Origin: the human T2T-CHM13v2.0 reference genome, Homo sapiens | Reading direction: 5' to 3' (one strand) | NCBI RefSeq assembly: GCF_009914755.1 | Contig: NC_060929.1 | Length of the DNA stretch: 64,000 nucleotides | Notes under the pieces: model-generated | What the model saw: only the letters and a program-made list of their open reading frames with translations | Databases searched by the model: none | Told to the model about the DNA's origin: nothing | Shown here: positions 1 through 13,300 of the stretch, piece by piece | Numbering within the stretch: position 1 is the first letter of the stretch | How the letters are laid out: each line of letters starts with the position of its first letter | Position numbers and translations under genes: made by a program

Positions 1-179
1 TTTAATCATAACTGACTTATCCCCAAGCCATCTGAGAGAACCATGCAATGATCACCTGCAGCCCCTCCTGTCCCCACCTCCTGGTGGGGCTGGCTGCTGT
101 CTCCACCACTGCACAGCTGCACGTTCTGGGACCCTGCCCTCTTTCCTGGGCTGGATCTCTGCTTCCTGAATCAGATTAT

Positions 180-860
180 GTCTTAGCCAGTGTACTTCAT
201 TTTTGGTGGAGCACAGTCCCAGGAGCTCCATGCAAAAGGATATTTGAGAAGGAAATGTTTTGAGACCTTCCATGCCTGAAATACATCTTGATAGTAGCCC
301 ACTTGATTGATGATCTGACTAGGTTTAGAATTATTTTCCCTTGGCAGGCTGAAACATTGAGCCTCTGGCTTTGGGCTTCCAAAGTTGCTGTTGAGAAGTC
401 TGATGCCATACTGATTCTTGATCCTTCTTATGTGACTTTTTCCCTGCTCCAGGAACCTTTTGGGATTTTCCTCTTTACCAGTAGGAGTTTCAAAATTTCA
501 CAAGAATGTGTCTTGTTGGGAAACTTTTCATTGACTGCCTTGGGTTCTCTGCAGGCCTTTTACATCTGGAATCTCTTACCATTCAGTTCTGTACTATTAT
601 TTCTTAGATAATTTTCTCTCTACCATTTTCTCTGTTCCTTCATTCTAATGTTCTTACTACTTGGGTGTTAAATCTCCTAGACTGATCCTCTGACTTTCTT
701 ATCTTTTTCCTTCCATGGCCCATCTCTTTCTGAGAGATTTTCTCAAATTGATCTTCCAACTGTTTTATTGTATTTTTTATTTTTTCTCTCTTATTCTAAT
801 TTTCAGGAACTCTTGTTTGGTTTCCTGAATATTCTTCTTCATATCCCCCTAAGAAATGGG
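180..860 (-). mobile_element. Old L1 (L1M-type) fragment
   Basis: T-rich degenerate sequence typical of antisense ancient L1. Subfamily not determined. Confidence 0.45.
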
Positions 861-1160
861 ATGACCATGAATAGCTTAGATGCACCTGTGAATGTGGGCA
901 GGAGGCCTGCGAGGGCCAGGCTGGTGAAGCCCTTGAGTGAAGTGGACAGGGTAGGAGACAATACGGAGTGGTGGGGACTGTGTTGAACTGGAATGTGGGC
1001 TCAGTATTGGCAGATGTTTTCATTCTTGAAAAGATGCTGCAAATTTGGATTTTTGTGGCTTGCACTTGCTTGCAACGAATCTGGTGTTTAAAAAATCAAC
1101 ACGTAAGTCAAACAAAACACACTTACAGGCACTATTTGGCCTATGAGCCACCATTTTGTC
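860..1160. mobile_element. hAT-Charlie (MER102-like) DNA transposon fragment
   Basis: AGACAATACGGAGTGGTGGGGACTGTG...CAAACAAAACACAC motif; a related fragment lies at ~56810-56920. Confidence 0.4.
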
Positions 1161-4100
1161 CCCCCCCAACCCACCCCAGGTATGGACCCTACAGTGTGCA
1201 AATGAGTGTTCCATTCCTTCTGTTTTTTCTTTCTTACAACAACTCTGTGAAGCCTCTTGCCAGAGATCTTGTCACGTGTAGAACCTGTCTCAGGAACTAA
1301 GCATAGTGTTCTGTTTAAAGGTTTTGTTTTTGTTTTTGTTTTTTTTTTCCAAAAAAGCGTTGACCTCAGGTAGCCATGGTGTGTGCTGCTCATATCTCCC
1401 TGCTGTGAAGAATGAGATTTGCTCACAGCTTCCAGCTGCCCCACTGTCAGGGCCCCTGACGGTGTCCCTGCTGAGCCACCCTCTTCCCAGGCTGCTCCCA
1501 GCAGTGACTGAGCACCTAGAGGTGCTGGAGCAGGGCCTCCATCTGTCCAGCACAGGCCTCACGTTTCACTCTGGGGCTCCCCATCATCCTGGCAGGGACT
1601 TTTGGGGCTGAGCTGCAGTCCTGCCCAGCTCTCCTTCTGTCCCCTCTGTCCCTCCAAAAGTGTCAGAAAGCACCATGGGCCGAGGCTCTGCCTACCCACG
1701 CCTGTTCTTCGCATCATCCTTCATGGCGTTTCCCCTGCATTTAATTCTGCCTCTGCTTCCTAGAGGACCCTAACGGGCGCAGCTTTTGGGGCTCCAGGCT
1801 TGGAAATATAAGTATGGAGTGGCTTCCCTCTTGGCCTAACATGTTTGCTTAGACAAGTGGTGGTTGGAAAAGGAATCTCAGGACATTCAAGGTTGGCAGG
1901 GAGGGGCCTCAGAGGGCAGCCGGCCCCATTCCTTCTGCACAGCTGCAGCCATTAGGAGGCCGAGGACGTCCCCACCAGGTGCTGGTGACCATCTGGAGGG
2001 GTTACAGGAATGGCTTCCCTCCTTGGAGGCGCTGGGATGACCCAGGGGCTGGAGGGCCAGGAACTCTCTGCTGGTTTGCTATTTTCTGTTGGAATGTGGG
2101 GAATACAGCTAGGCTGCTTTCTCCTGAGGTCTGTGAGGAGCCTCCTACCCTGGCCCTGCTTTGAGACACTTGGGGCAGGGGAGTTTGATCAACTGATCCC
2201 CTTCCTGGGGTCCTCCGCCGCTTTGGTCATTGTGCTCCCAGCCATGCTGGCTCTCTAGAAATGAGAGTTTCCATGGCGTTGCATGCTAGGGAAGAGGTAG
2301 GAACCCAGCATGAAGGCATGAAGCCGATGTTTGCTGAATGACCCTGGAGAAGGGAGGTCTGAGCGGTAGAGGCAGTGGCTTCTCTTTCTTCTCATATCTC
2401 ATTATTGTGCTCGCTCTCCATTGAATATTTCAAAATGACACTTTTGCAATCAGGGTCACCTGACCTTGGCTGTTGAAAGGGATGGGGCTGTGGCAGCTTC
2501 AGGGGAGGGAGGCTCCTTCCATCTCCCTCTCCTCACTGCCCCCCTGACAGTTCCCATGCACCCGATGGAGCAATGGGACCCCCCTTTCTGTCCTTGCCTT
2601 ACTAGGTGAACGTGAGCCCAGTGCAGCCTAACTCATTTGCTGCAGACCTCGCCTGCATTTTCCAAGTTGGAAGAGAGGAGAAGGGTCTCTGCTGCCAGGT
2701 GGCTTTCAGTGTTTCTCCTGCAGAGGTGGGCACGAGCCCCAACAGAGACCTGGGAGGGGAGGGCTTCTGAGAATGGTGGGCCTGGCAAGCCCAGAGGACT
2801 GTCTTCATTTTCATGGTGTTATTCTTGGCTAAGAAACACAGGCGAGCTCTCTAGCTTTTTGAAAATTTGCCCCACTTACTCTGAGAAGGCACTTGGACCC
2901 TGTCCTGGGGCTCCATTTCGTTCCTTTGTGCCTTTCATCGTTTCACTTTTTAAAAATACATTTCTCTTCATTTCAGCTGAGTCATTTTCCTCCTCCTCCT
3001 CCTCCTTCTCTTCTTGACACTCCCGGGAGCCAGAAGGAGCCCTGTCCCGAATCCTTGGCTCCTGCAGGCCAGATCTTTTCCAAATGTCAAACTCTTAGGA
3101 ACCTTGGCACAGAGCCGAGTGGGCTCTGGCCCCAAATCTCTTTCCTCCCTTGTCTTTGTCAGGCTCTGCTTTCCTTTCTCAGTAAAGAGGTTTATTAATT
3201 AGCTTTTCTGTAAGTCCTTTGCCTTGAGGTTTTCAGAGGGAGCCCTGGCAGGAAGGGCCCTCTGCTCCTGGGCATGGGCCTTGGTGCCACCCGGTGGAGC
3301 TTGCCACATGGCACTCCTGGTGGAACTCAGCTCGGTGAGAGCATCATGGGGCTGCTCAGGAGCTGCTCAGGGCCCACTCACCTCACTGGGGCAGGGGCTG
3401 GGACTCGTTCAGGGCTCCCACTTAGTTAGCCTCCAACCCCTCATGCCCACTTCAGGCAAAGTCTCACCCTGCGGGGCTGGCCCCTCTGTTGGGTCCCTTA
3501 GAGACCTTGAGCCTGCCCCAGAAGAGACAGGACAGAGTAAAAAGCATGAGGCAGCTCATCCCATCCGTGATCTTGGCTTTAGGCCACTGTCTTCTGAAAT
3601 GGCCGAGAGAAATAACCACCACCCTTTACGTGGCATGTCATCGTCTTCAAAGCATTTCCTAGGCTTTGTGACTTTTTATATAGCTTAAGTCATTTTATCT
3701 TCAACTGCCCCCCATCCCCCTGAGAAAAGCAGGATAGCTGTTGGTTTCCTTATTTTGTAGCTAAGGAAACAGGCTTAGAAAATGGAACCGATTCGCCAAG
3801 GTCTCAGGGCCAGTCCTGATTTTTTCAGTCATTAGTTATATTTCCTTCTTATCCCCAAAGAGATTTACCTGGTGCAAGATGAGTAGGTGGCTGGATTGGT
3901 ACCCCTGTCTATGTCTCCTGACTTCAAAATTACAGGCTTCCCAGCGATTTTTAATTTTGACACCCTCTCACTGATTCTATGACATGTTGATCCCTTGTAC
4001 AAGGATGCAAGGATATATTTGCTTTAGAAGTTAAAGTAAATTGAAACTCATCTGATTTGACATTTTGGCACCATTTTAGACAAGAGGTTTCTTTCATTCA

Positions 4101-4289
4101 TTCGTTCATTCATTCATTCACTCACACCGAGCAATGGCAGAGCTGCTGGGGATACAGGCAACTGTGTACAAAAAATGACATAGCCTCTGTCCTCATGGAG
4201 TTTAGAACCTGTGGTTCTTATAGTACCAAGGGTGAAAACAGCTTAGATTTGAAGAGTATGGTGTAAGATCCTCCAGCCTGTCTTGAGGG

Positions 4290-4612
4290 AAGCCAGTCAC
4301 TATGGAAGAAGTGAGACTACCCCCGGACGGCCATGCTCTGACAGGCCTCGGGGGATGAGGCACCACAATGGGGACTGTGGGAGAGGTGGGACGGGAGAAG
4401 AGAGGAGGCCTGGAGCACCGAGGCACCATCTTGGGAAGGTCATCTTGGAAGTGGATCCTCCAGCCCCGGTTGCCCCAGCCACCACCATGTGAAGAGTCTA
4501 ACCACCCTTTCCAAATTTCTGACCTGTAAAATTATGAGCAAAATAAAATAGTTGTTTTATACCTACTAAGCTTCAGGAGTAGTTTTGTTAAACAGCAATA
4601 AACATCTGGGAC
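4290..4612 (+). mobile_element. MaLR LTR (MLT1-type) fragment
   Basis: MLT1-like 3' end: ...AAATTTCTGACC...AAATAAAATAGTTGTTTTA...TGTTAAACAGCAATAAACATCTGGGACA. Confidence 0.6.
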
Positions 4613-6784
4613 AGAATTCTAGGGACTGATCATTCTTTCTGAACAAAGCCCTCTTTGGAGCCCTTGGCCCTTTGCAGAACATTATTCATATCTCAGGGGA
4701 CAAGCAGGTGGTCCCTGTCCTCTTTAGCATGCCACTGCTTTTTTACATGTGCATTCCCCCTTAGTTTTAAGAACCATAAAAATTCCTGGAATTTATCGAA
4801 TGGGAAACGGAACCAGCTGATTCTCCTCATTACCTTGTGAACAATACCCTGCCTCTGAGAATTCCATGTAGGAGCTTTCCTTGTTTCTCCCAAGTTTTAG
4901 CTCAGGCGTGATGTTCAATGGTGGCAAGGTGGTTACAGATTCTAAGGTGCCATGAGATCTGGGTTCATCCTGGTGTGGAGTCCATTTCATGCATAAGCCT
5001 AGGTTGGCTTTGTGACTTTTTTTTTTCTGTACTCTTTGGGAAGTGACTTTTTTTTGTTGTTCTTTTTGGGGAGTGATAAAAACTGAACTGCTTATGCAAG
5101 CAGCAACACGGGACTCCTAGCCCAAGGCTTCTATTGCTCTTTTCTTCTCTTCTCCACCCACAAAAAATAATTCACATAAAAACTGTTCTCTGGCCAGGGG
5201 TTGTCGCCTCCTCAGCAGGGGGCTTTCTTTTTTGTTGACTTTAGAACCAATTTGGTTTTCTGTGTCCAGATTTTGGGGTGCATAGATCCAGCTTCCTTTG
5301 GAAACTCTGCTTAAATCCCAGCATATTTGGAAGCTCTCTGACTTCTTCCTCCCACAGCCTAATAATTCCAGAACAGTTGGATTGGAACAACCTTGGGGCT
5401 TAGAGGGAGGCAGCTGAATTTCTCGACTCATTTGGGTGCATTTAACCCATGTGTTCACACTTGGAGTGCAAGAAGACAAGGTGGAGGGGTGCATTTGCAT
5501 GCTGACTCTAGAGCTCACTAGCCTTGTGACTGGCTCCAGGCATATTAAATGTCATGAAGCCTCAGTTTCTTTATCTTTAAAATGGGTTTCAGAAATAATA
5601 TCCCTAAAGCACCAGGCAAGGCACGGAGCACATCATGGGTCCCCAGGAATCTGCAGCTGTCCTGATGAGGGTGATGATGTTGGTGAAGGGTTTGGAGGAG
5701 GCTGGCTTCTCAGAAAGGTGATGGGGTGAGTTTAGTGAGGAAAGCTCCAGCTGCATGTTTCAAGAAAACCAGATGCTCCCCAAATGCTTTCCCAGTGGTG
5801 CATGAGAAGAATCTTATAAAAAATTATCCACATGCAAAGAAAAATGAGGAGGCTCCACGATTCTCCTGCTTTCCTTATCGGAACCAAAATTTGAGTCTTT
5901 GCAGAGAGTAAAGGTGAGAGCATTAACTTTCCTTTCCATTTTGAAGCAGAACTCCTTGGAGGCCTGGAACTATAAATGTAAGAGTATAATTATTCTTTCC
6001 CCAAGCCTCGTGTAAAATAGGCATAACACTGATTGGTTTAACTTAAAAATAAATTTAAAGTGGAGATTCTAGGCCTGAAGTAGGGGAAGGTGTGTGGGCT
6101 TAGGAGTCCTGATCTGAGTTTGAGTTCAGACCCCACCCCACTCACTAGCCACACAGTTTGGGACAAGTCTGTACCTCAGTTTCTTCACCTGTAGAATGAG
6201 GATAATACCTATTATTTGTGGGATGTAATGAGGATGAAATAATGCATGCAAAATGCCTACTGTGGTGCCTGGAACATAGTAGGTACACCAACAGTGGCAC
6301 AGATCACGTAAACCAGGGGCTCCAGCTCTGTTCTGCTGTCGTGAGCAAGAGCTGGGGAGGAGGCAGTGGGCTTCCCTCTATATGCCAGGCCACTCAGCTG
6401 TTAAGCTGGTGGTGTCTGCTGCAGGCTCAGTCTGAGAGAAGGGGTGGCCAAGCCACAGGGGAGACTCACAGGGGAGACTCAAAGGTGAGACCAGAGTGAG
6501 CCTTAAGGACCTGCCTAATGGGGTGTGGGGGTGGCACTTCCAGGCCAACTGCATGAAATTTATTCTCCTCCTTGTCTGGGTGACTCAGGCAGGGGCTTGG
6601 ACAGGGTCCCTCTGACGGAGAAGCCTAGGGTAGTCCTCTTCATCTAACTTCCTTCCCTGTAGGCTGAACATCCACAGAAGCATAGGATTCTCTTGACGTA
6701 AAAGCCCACTTGCTCACAGCTGTCCCCCTGTGCACCGGACATCAATGACCCTCTCAGACAATGACGCTACTCAAGTGGAAGCCA

Positions 6785-6803
6785 TTTATTTAAAACTTTT
6801 ATT
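6785..6803 (-). terminator. Distal polyadenylation signals of STC2 (two AATAAA)
   Basis: TTTATT on the + strand at 6785-6790 and 6798-6803, with an upstream TGTA (CFIm-type) motif at ~6836-6841. Confidence 0.75.
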
Positions 6804-8194
6804 AACGCTTGAAGAAAAATAATGCAATGTGACAATGTACAGGTCCTGTTGCCTAAATCCGTAGTAGAAACAGATATTATCACTTAGCAAGCTCACGTGG
6901 TGCCAATTCTGAGATCAGACGGGGTTGTTCCTCCTTAGGAAGTGGCCACTGGAAGCATTGTTTTTCCATGCTATTTCCGTGAAGCCTTTTGCTTGGTTCG
7001 AGTTTAAATTTCTCCCTTTGTGTGAGTATGACTATAGTTCTGGCCTGGTGTTTTCTATTTATTTAGTTTTAGATGTCAGCATTTTACTATACTTGGTCCT
7101 CTCACTTCAGAATAACAGGGCTATTTATTGATACAAAGGAGAGGTGTTCAGATCATCTTGTTAAGATGCAGAGCTCAAAATAAACACTAAATCTTTATTT
7201 GGAGATCCACATCCTTCCTCAAAGGAAGGCTCATGAGTAAATTTGTATGCAGTATAAAGCCCAAGTAGAGGGTGTATTTTTAATGACTACTTTGCTTACA
7301 TTTTAGATTGTGCAAATGTCTCAATCAATGCTTGCAGGAATGTGGACCTTCCTCAGTTTTAAGCAGAAGACCCTGAGCAATAAATACTGTTGCATGCTTC
7401 CAATAACGTGAGGGATGGGATAGAAATGCTATCTACCCGACTTCTGAGGAGAAAACAAAGCAGTGGCATGAAAAATATACAACAGAGATCAGTAAATGGG
7501 TTCAAATGAACACAGTAAACCATTTTATGCCTTAGGGGGAAAACACAGAGATAATAAATACAAATGACAAATATTTACAATAGAAGCAACGAATGGGATC
7601 AGTAGGCGAACACATAAAACATTTACACGGAGGAAAATGGAAATGTGATGCCTTTCACACATCCAGTCCAGGAGCTGGCGGACAAATGAACAGCTGACTC
7701 AGCAACGCAGGAGAATGTTATTGCTTTAGCTTTTGAGTGATGTCAGTAAAACAGTCAACGTGCCTGCCGCGGTGGCTCACTGCAGGAGACAGCCACGGTT
7801 TACACTCGTTCCCATGGCAGAGCCTGACACACAGGTCCTCCTCCCCCCAAGGGCAGAGCTGGATTAAGTGCACCAGCTCTTCTGTTCTCTGCAGCCCCAG
7901 ATCTTGCTGGGTGCCCAGGGAGCCCGGTGGCGGGGGCTGGAGGTGGGGTTTCCTCCCTTCCCCCAACCAATGATTCCCCTCCCCACCCAACCGCCGGCAT
8001 GGATCATGAAAGACTGGGATTGGATTTGGGGCATAGAAATACTAGCTGTGTTTTGGTTGAAGGCATTCCCCAGGAACAAGTCATTTTAGAGCAGATACGC
8101 TTGGTTTCTTGGTGTCTGGCCTCAGGTTGCCTTGAGGAAGAGCTGATGAGTTGACGGATAAGGATGCATATGCTTTTTGACCCACTCACTAGAA

Positions 8195-8417
8195 CAGAGA
8201 TCAGTAAACTGTGTCCTGTGAGTGAAATTCAGCTGGGAGCCTGTTAAATAAATCTTCCTGGAAGGGAGCCAAGCCCTCTCGTTTGTGTGTTGTCTATGGC
8301 TGCTTTTGTGCTAGGACGGCAGAGTTGAGTAGTTTCGACAGAGACCTCACGGCTCGCCAAACTGAAAGTACTGGATTCAGTATCTGGCCCTTTGCAGACA
8401 ATGTTTGCTGACCCCCT
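8195..8417. mobile_element. MER58A-like hAT-Charlie MITE inside the STC2 3' UTR
   Basis: Diagnostic GGCAGAGTTGAGTAGTT...TATCTGGCCCTTT...GTTTGCTGACCCC; resembles the copy at 56961-57183. Confidence 0.8.
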
Positions 8418-9904
8418 ACTCCAGAAGAGCCCAGCCCAGAATACCCGGCCACTCCCTACAATACCAGCTCCTGCTTGAGAAAGGATAGGCTTTAATTTGA
8501 TGGCCAATTAGGAAGAAAAGGCCTATTTAGGTGATGTTTTAAATAACCCAAGAAACCCACTGCTGAGACTTTTAATGAAAATCCTCACTCTCCTTTCCTC
8601 GTATTTTTAGTTCTGTCTCTTCTCTCTGCCTTTATTTGTCCCCTTGGACTCCTCTCCTTATTGCTAAATTTCCAATTAGGATCTGGAAAATCCTGTCCCT
8701 TAGAGATTTTCAGCAGTCTCCTTGATTTTATGTAAAAGGTCAGCATTTCCTGATGGGAATTACTAAGTAGTCTTCATTCTCTTCTTTCCTTTCCCATCCC
8801 CTCACATGGAGAAGCCAGGTTTCCAGCTGGGTCTCCTGGAATCGCCAGGACGCAGCTTTACCAATCTTGGCTGAGGGTCAAGGTGAGATAACGAAATCCT
8901 AAGGGAAATTTGTCAAATGTACTCCCCAGGTGTGTATTTTCCTCTGGGTATAAGGTTTCCCCCAAGTGGGCAGGAGTCCATGTCAGGCAGTCAGATGTAT
9001 GGCTATGTCGCTGTTTGATAGCTTTTAAAATAGAACTTAAAAAAAAGAAAAATCAGCCTCAAAGGATGGGCTGGTTTTTTTTTTTTAAACCCCCTTTGAG
9101 CTGGTTTTAATGACCCAGTTGCTTTGTTTGAAAGCCATTTATTTAGATGACAGATATGTAGATATAACTGGATAAATAAAAAAAGTGAAATCGAGATTTG
9201 AAGCAGTGGTTAAAATATAAACTCATAGGGGCCACTCCCTTGGACAGTGTCCCCCCCAGCCCAGACAGTACAATGGCTCAGAAATTACACATAGAAATGA
9301 CACTCCTCCCTCCACCCTCGCCAAGAGCTCTGAACCGCAAGGCCCCACACAAGAAACTGAATTTCAGTTTGGCACCAAGCACCCCCTCGGCCCCTGCCTC
9401 CTCTCCACCCTTCTCCTGCATTCTAAGCGATATTTATTTTTACATTCACTCCTGTCCTGGAATCCAGCCGCCCTGACTTCCGCGGAGACAGCACCAGAGG
9501 CTGCTGCACCAGAAGCTTCGGGGCGAGGCCCAGCACCCACTGTGTGGCCCAGCTCTGGGGGCCCTGCCTTGCCCTGCCCCTCCCTGGTTCACCTCCCCCA
9601 CAACAGAGCGGCCGACACCCACTGACTCCACAGATGGAAAGAAGACAAAGGTACGAGGATAACGCGGGCGCGCTCCCTTGAGTACGTGTAAGTGCAGAAT
9701 TCACCAGGCACCCCTGAGACCCCACGGCCCCAGGGGTCTCCATCTCACCTGTCCGTTCCGCGAACACACACCTCGATGAAGTCCACAGTCCCCACAGAAT
9801 CCTGCGTGTGACATCCCCCCTCTCTAATGGTAAATGTTTTGGAATGTCCATAGATAAGAAAATGGACGGCGTGGAGGAAAGATTTCGTGGCCAGGCCTTT
9901 CATT

Positions 9905-10307
9905 TCACCTCCGGATATCAGAATACTCAGACTGTTCGTCTTCCCACTCGCTGCTTCCGGAAGGTCCCTGAGCCCCAAGGCCCCCGACTCTGCCTCGGGC
10001 ATGGGCGTTTGGGTGGCTCTTGCTACCTCGCTCACCCTTGGCACCTCGGCCAGTCTCCCTACTGCTGGGCTCTGGGAGGTGATGTCCTGCTTCCCCGTGG
10101 TGGGCCCTGGAGAGCTTGGTTCTGTCCACCTGGGGCTGGCGCTCGGGGGGCGCCGTGGGAGGCTTCTGGATGGCCGAGGTGCAGAAGCTCAAGATGGAGC
10201 ACAGGCTTCCCCAGTTCTGCTCACACTGAACCTGCACGCTGTGGGTGATGGCCTCCTTCACCTCCTCCCCACAGGTCAGCAGCAAGTTCACGAGGTCCAC
10301 GTAGGGT
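9905..10307 (-). CDS. STC2: Stanniocalcin-2, coding exon 4 (His-rich and acidic C-terminus)
   Basis: Translates PYVDLVNLLLTCGEEVKEAITHSVQVQCEQNWGSLCSILSFC...HHGEAGHH...EWEDEQSEYSDIRR-TGA. Acceptor TCTTTAG|, 403 nt. Total CDS is 909 nt = 302 aa + stop. Confidence 0.99.
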
Positions 10308-10320
10308 CTAAAGATTGAAA

Positions 10321-10324
<4 letters not shown>

Positions 10325-10358
<34 letters not shown>
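10325..10358. repeat. (AG)17 / (CT)17 microsatellite in the exon-4 polypyrimidine tract
   Basis: Read directly from the sequence. Confidence 0.95.
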
Positions 10359-10359
<1 letters not shown>

Positions 10360-13300
10360 CTGGGAATGGAGCAAGTCCCGAATGGACCACAGAGGGCAGG
10401 GGCAATGCTGGGAAGGAGGCATGGCCAGTGCTTGTCTTGGGTTCGGTGGAAGATCTCTCTCAAATGACTTCAAGCCTTTTCTCATAGTCTATGGAGTACT
10501 GGCCTCAACCAACACTTATTGGGTGGCCACTGTGTCCCAGGCTCACAGGTGCATAGGGTAAGAGCTTAGGACCCTAAAAGGAAGACCCTCTGGGGATGGT
10601 GAGAAATCCAGGTGGCTGCGTGAATAATGGCAGGAGAGCTCTGGGTGCCTTTAGGCTACACTAACTAGGTGAGTTTCAGCTAGAGTGGAGATGGCTCTGG
10701 GGTCCAGTGGAATCATAATTAGGCAAATGGTGCAGGGCCTTACATAGACTTCCAAACAGAGGATTCTTTTTGGTAGGGAAGAGGAAACCATGAAGGTTTA
10801 GGACCACGTGCCCTCTATGAGAAGCCCCCAAGAAACCATTTTCCCCATGTTTGTGTTTGCCCCGGGTTTAGGCTTCTGATGAAGAAGGGTGTTTTTGGAA
10901 GTTATTGGATGCATTTCCTCTGCATCTGGAGGAGTATGGAAGAGCTGAAGTGGGAGGGAGGAAGACCATGTCCCTGGGACGTCATTGCCCGTGCATGCAG
11001 TGATTCCCTTTCTCAGTAGCAGAGGCTGGGGAGTAGGTGTGGCCATCTGAGCATCTTTATTCTTTCAGTCTGGGCTTCCTTAGATTTGGAGTTGAAGGCT
11101 GGCGGTCAGGGGCCCCTGTGTCTGGACTGAGAGACAGCTCACTGTGCAATGAACTCGCCTAGTTCTGGAGGGCAGAGCCAGTTCCTCAGGCCATTCCGGT
11201 TGTCTTGGGTTGTTCTGTAGGAAAACCACTGGAATAATTTACTCCAGGGGGTGGACAAGGTGTGCAGAAGGCAGGAGCATCTGCTTTTTATATTTATGGG
11301 CCCATCTGGTAAAGAGTGTCCCCAGCAATGGGCTCTCATGGGCCACTCACTGAGCTTTTATTTTAACCTCTCACTGGCCTTTAAAACCCCCCAAGGGGGG
11401 TATAGAATGTTTCACATGGCTAACCAGCATTCCTAGGCAGTCCTCGCTGGCAAAGTTTCTGATCTATCTGACCACAAGCATTGCAGCTTTGGGCCATCAC
11501 CTTGAGCAGGGAAGTCACCATGGAATGTGAGGTCATTCATAACAAGGAGCAATCTGATTTGTCCTCCCTAAGTCTGGGCCACCAGAGAGGCTGCGTTACA
11601 GCCCATGGAGCCTTTTCTTTGCAAGTTGGCAGTTGTTGCTATGTGGAAAGAGCAGACTGTGTTTTGAGATGTGTGAAGTAGTTTACTGCCTTTTTATTAA
11701 TTATTCCTCAAGTTGGAATTGAGTGAACTGTCCTCACCTCATGGATGCAAAAACTGAGAAAAGCAGGGAGAAGGTGGCTCTTGGAAGCTTCTGGGCTTCA
11801 GGGCCCAGGGCTTGGCTGAGAGCAGAGCAGAGAGGAGGAATGCTCTGGCTGAGAGAGATCCAGCTGCTGTTTAGGGCCTGCTTGATGACTTTGGAGTCAG
11901 CAAGTCTGTGCATGGCCGCTGGGCAAAGGGCTTTAAACCCCCTAAGGCAGGCCCCTGACAGCGCAAGACAACCTAACCCTGTCCCTTGGACTGCCCTGAG
12001 GTGGGCAGGTGGGCATGCAGGAGGCAATATGAGGGAAATGCTCCACGCGTGCTTGTTTCCTTCTATTTTTTGAAAACTAGAAACTGCCTCCGGAGCTCAA
12101 GTTCACCGAGTGTGTCTGCTAAAGCAGCAACAGGATTTTAGCACCTGACTGTGCCTGCCGCGGCACCAGGGCTAGGTGAGCACACTGCAGGGGTGAGGGT
12201 CTGTCTTTCTGAGATACTAACTGGATGCTGTCTTCAAGCTCCTTTCCCCAGAGTAAGGGGAGGGCTGTCTTGGGAATATGCAGACTGTCTTTCGCCTTCC
12301 CGGCCAGGGCGTTCTGTCTGCCAGATGAGCCCCCAGAAGCCCAGGGCGGATCTGGATCCCAGAAGGCTGGATGAGCCCATGCTGTCCTCTGCCCTTGGCC
12401 CTCTCTCTCTCCAGGAGGAAGCTGTGAACTGCGGGGAGGGGTGTGTGTGCCGAACCAAGTTAATCCAAGCCGTGTTCCGAGCTGGCCTGGTGCCTTCTGA
12501 GGCTGCAAGCTCAGCCCGTGTCTAATGACAAAGTCCAGCTCGTTCAACTGGGTGTCAGCAAGCCTAAAGGATTTTAAAAAATACTTGGAGGGGGATGTGC
12601 CTGGAGCCTGCCAGCACCCAGTGACATGGCGAGTGGGGGTAAAACCAGGCAGGCGGCAGCTAGGGGGAGACAGATGCTGTGCAGAAAGTGGGGCGGGCAG
12701 GAAGGGGTGAGGGGAGCGGAGAGGAAGAGCTTGAAAAGAGCAGCATTAACTGGGGGTGAGTGTTCTGGTGTGGATGGGGGTTGGGTTGAAGAATGGGGGT
12801 GGTGCAGATTCTGGGGTGACTGTGATTTCCTCATCTCTAAAGTGAAAAGCAAATTCAGTTCTCTCTTTTTTTTTTTTTTTGACCAATGCCACACATTTGG
12901 AAATGGGCTTCTTGATATTTGGGGACTGATAGGATACTTTAATCAGTTAAGATGGTTGGGAAAAAAAAACCTAAAAAACAGGCAGTTCAGCTAGAAGTAC
13001 AAGTCGATGCACCGCCACATCATGGCTTCAGAAGGAAAGGTAATGGGGGTTTTTGGGAAGCTGGAGTTAGGGGAGACCCCTGCCTAGAGATGCTGACTTA
13101 GGGGGAAGCAAGAGGAACAGCATGTGACCAGGCTTCTTATATGGGCTGCCTGCATTTCCAGAGCAGGCTGGGGTGGGGGGTCATAGGCTCATTCTGAATG
13201 GTGTGAGGAGACCATGGCCCCGAGGGCCACATTCCCAAGAAGGAGACACTAGAACGCCAGAGAGCTTTACCTTCTTCTTAAATTAAGGGGAGGGGGTGGG

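Larger units (their letters stand above)
6780..9904 (-). other. STC2: STC2 3' UTR (~3.1 kb; 3' end approximate)
   Basis: Continues from the stop codon with U/AU-rich segments and ends at a pair of AATAAA hexamers. Confidence 0.8.

Noticed and set aside
6454-6491. 13-bp tandem repeat CACAGGGGAGACT (2-3 copies); similar short duplications at ~5012-5075 and ~52386-52445
   Set aside because: These are ordinary slippage duplications with no spacer structure, and not CRISPR-like.
9808-10318. Plus-strand ORFs of 143-146 aa
   Set aside because: These are antisense shadows of STC2 exon 4.
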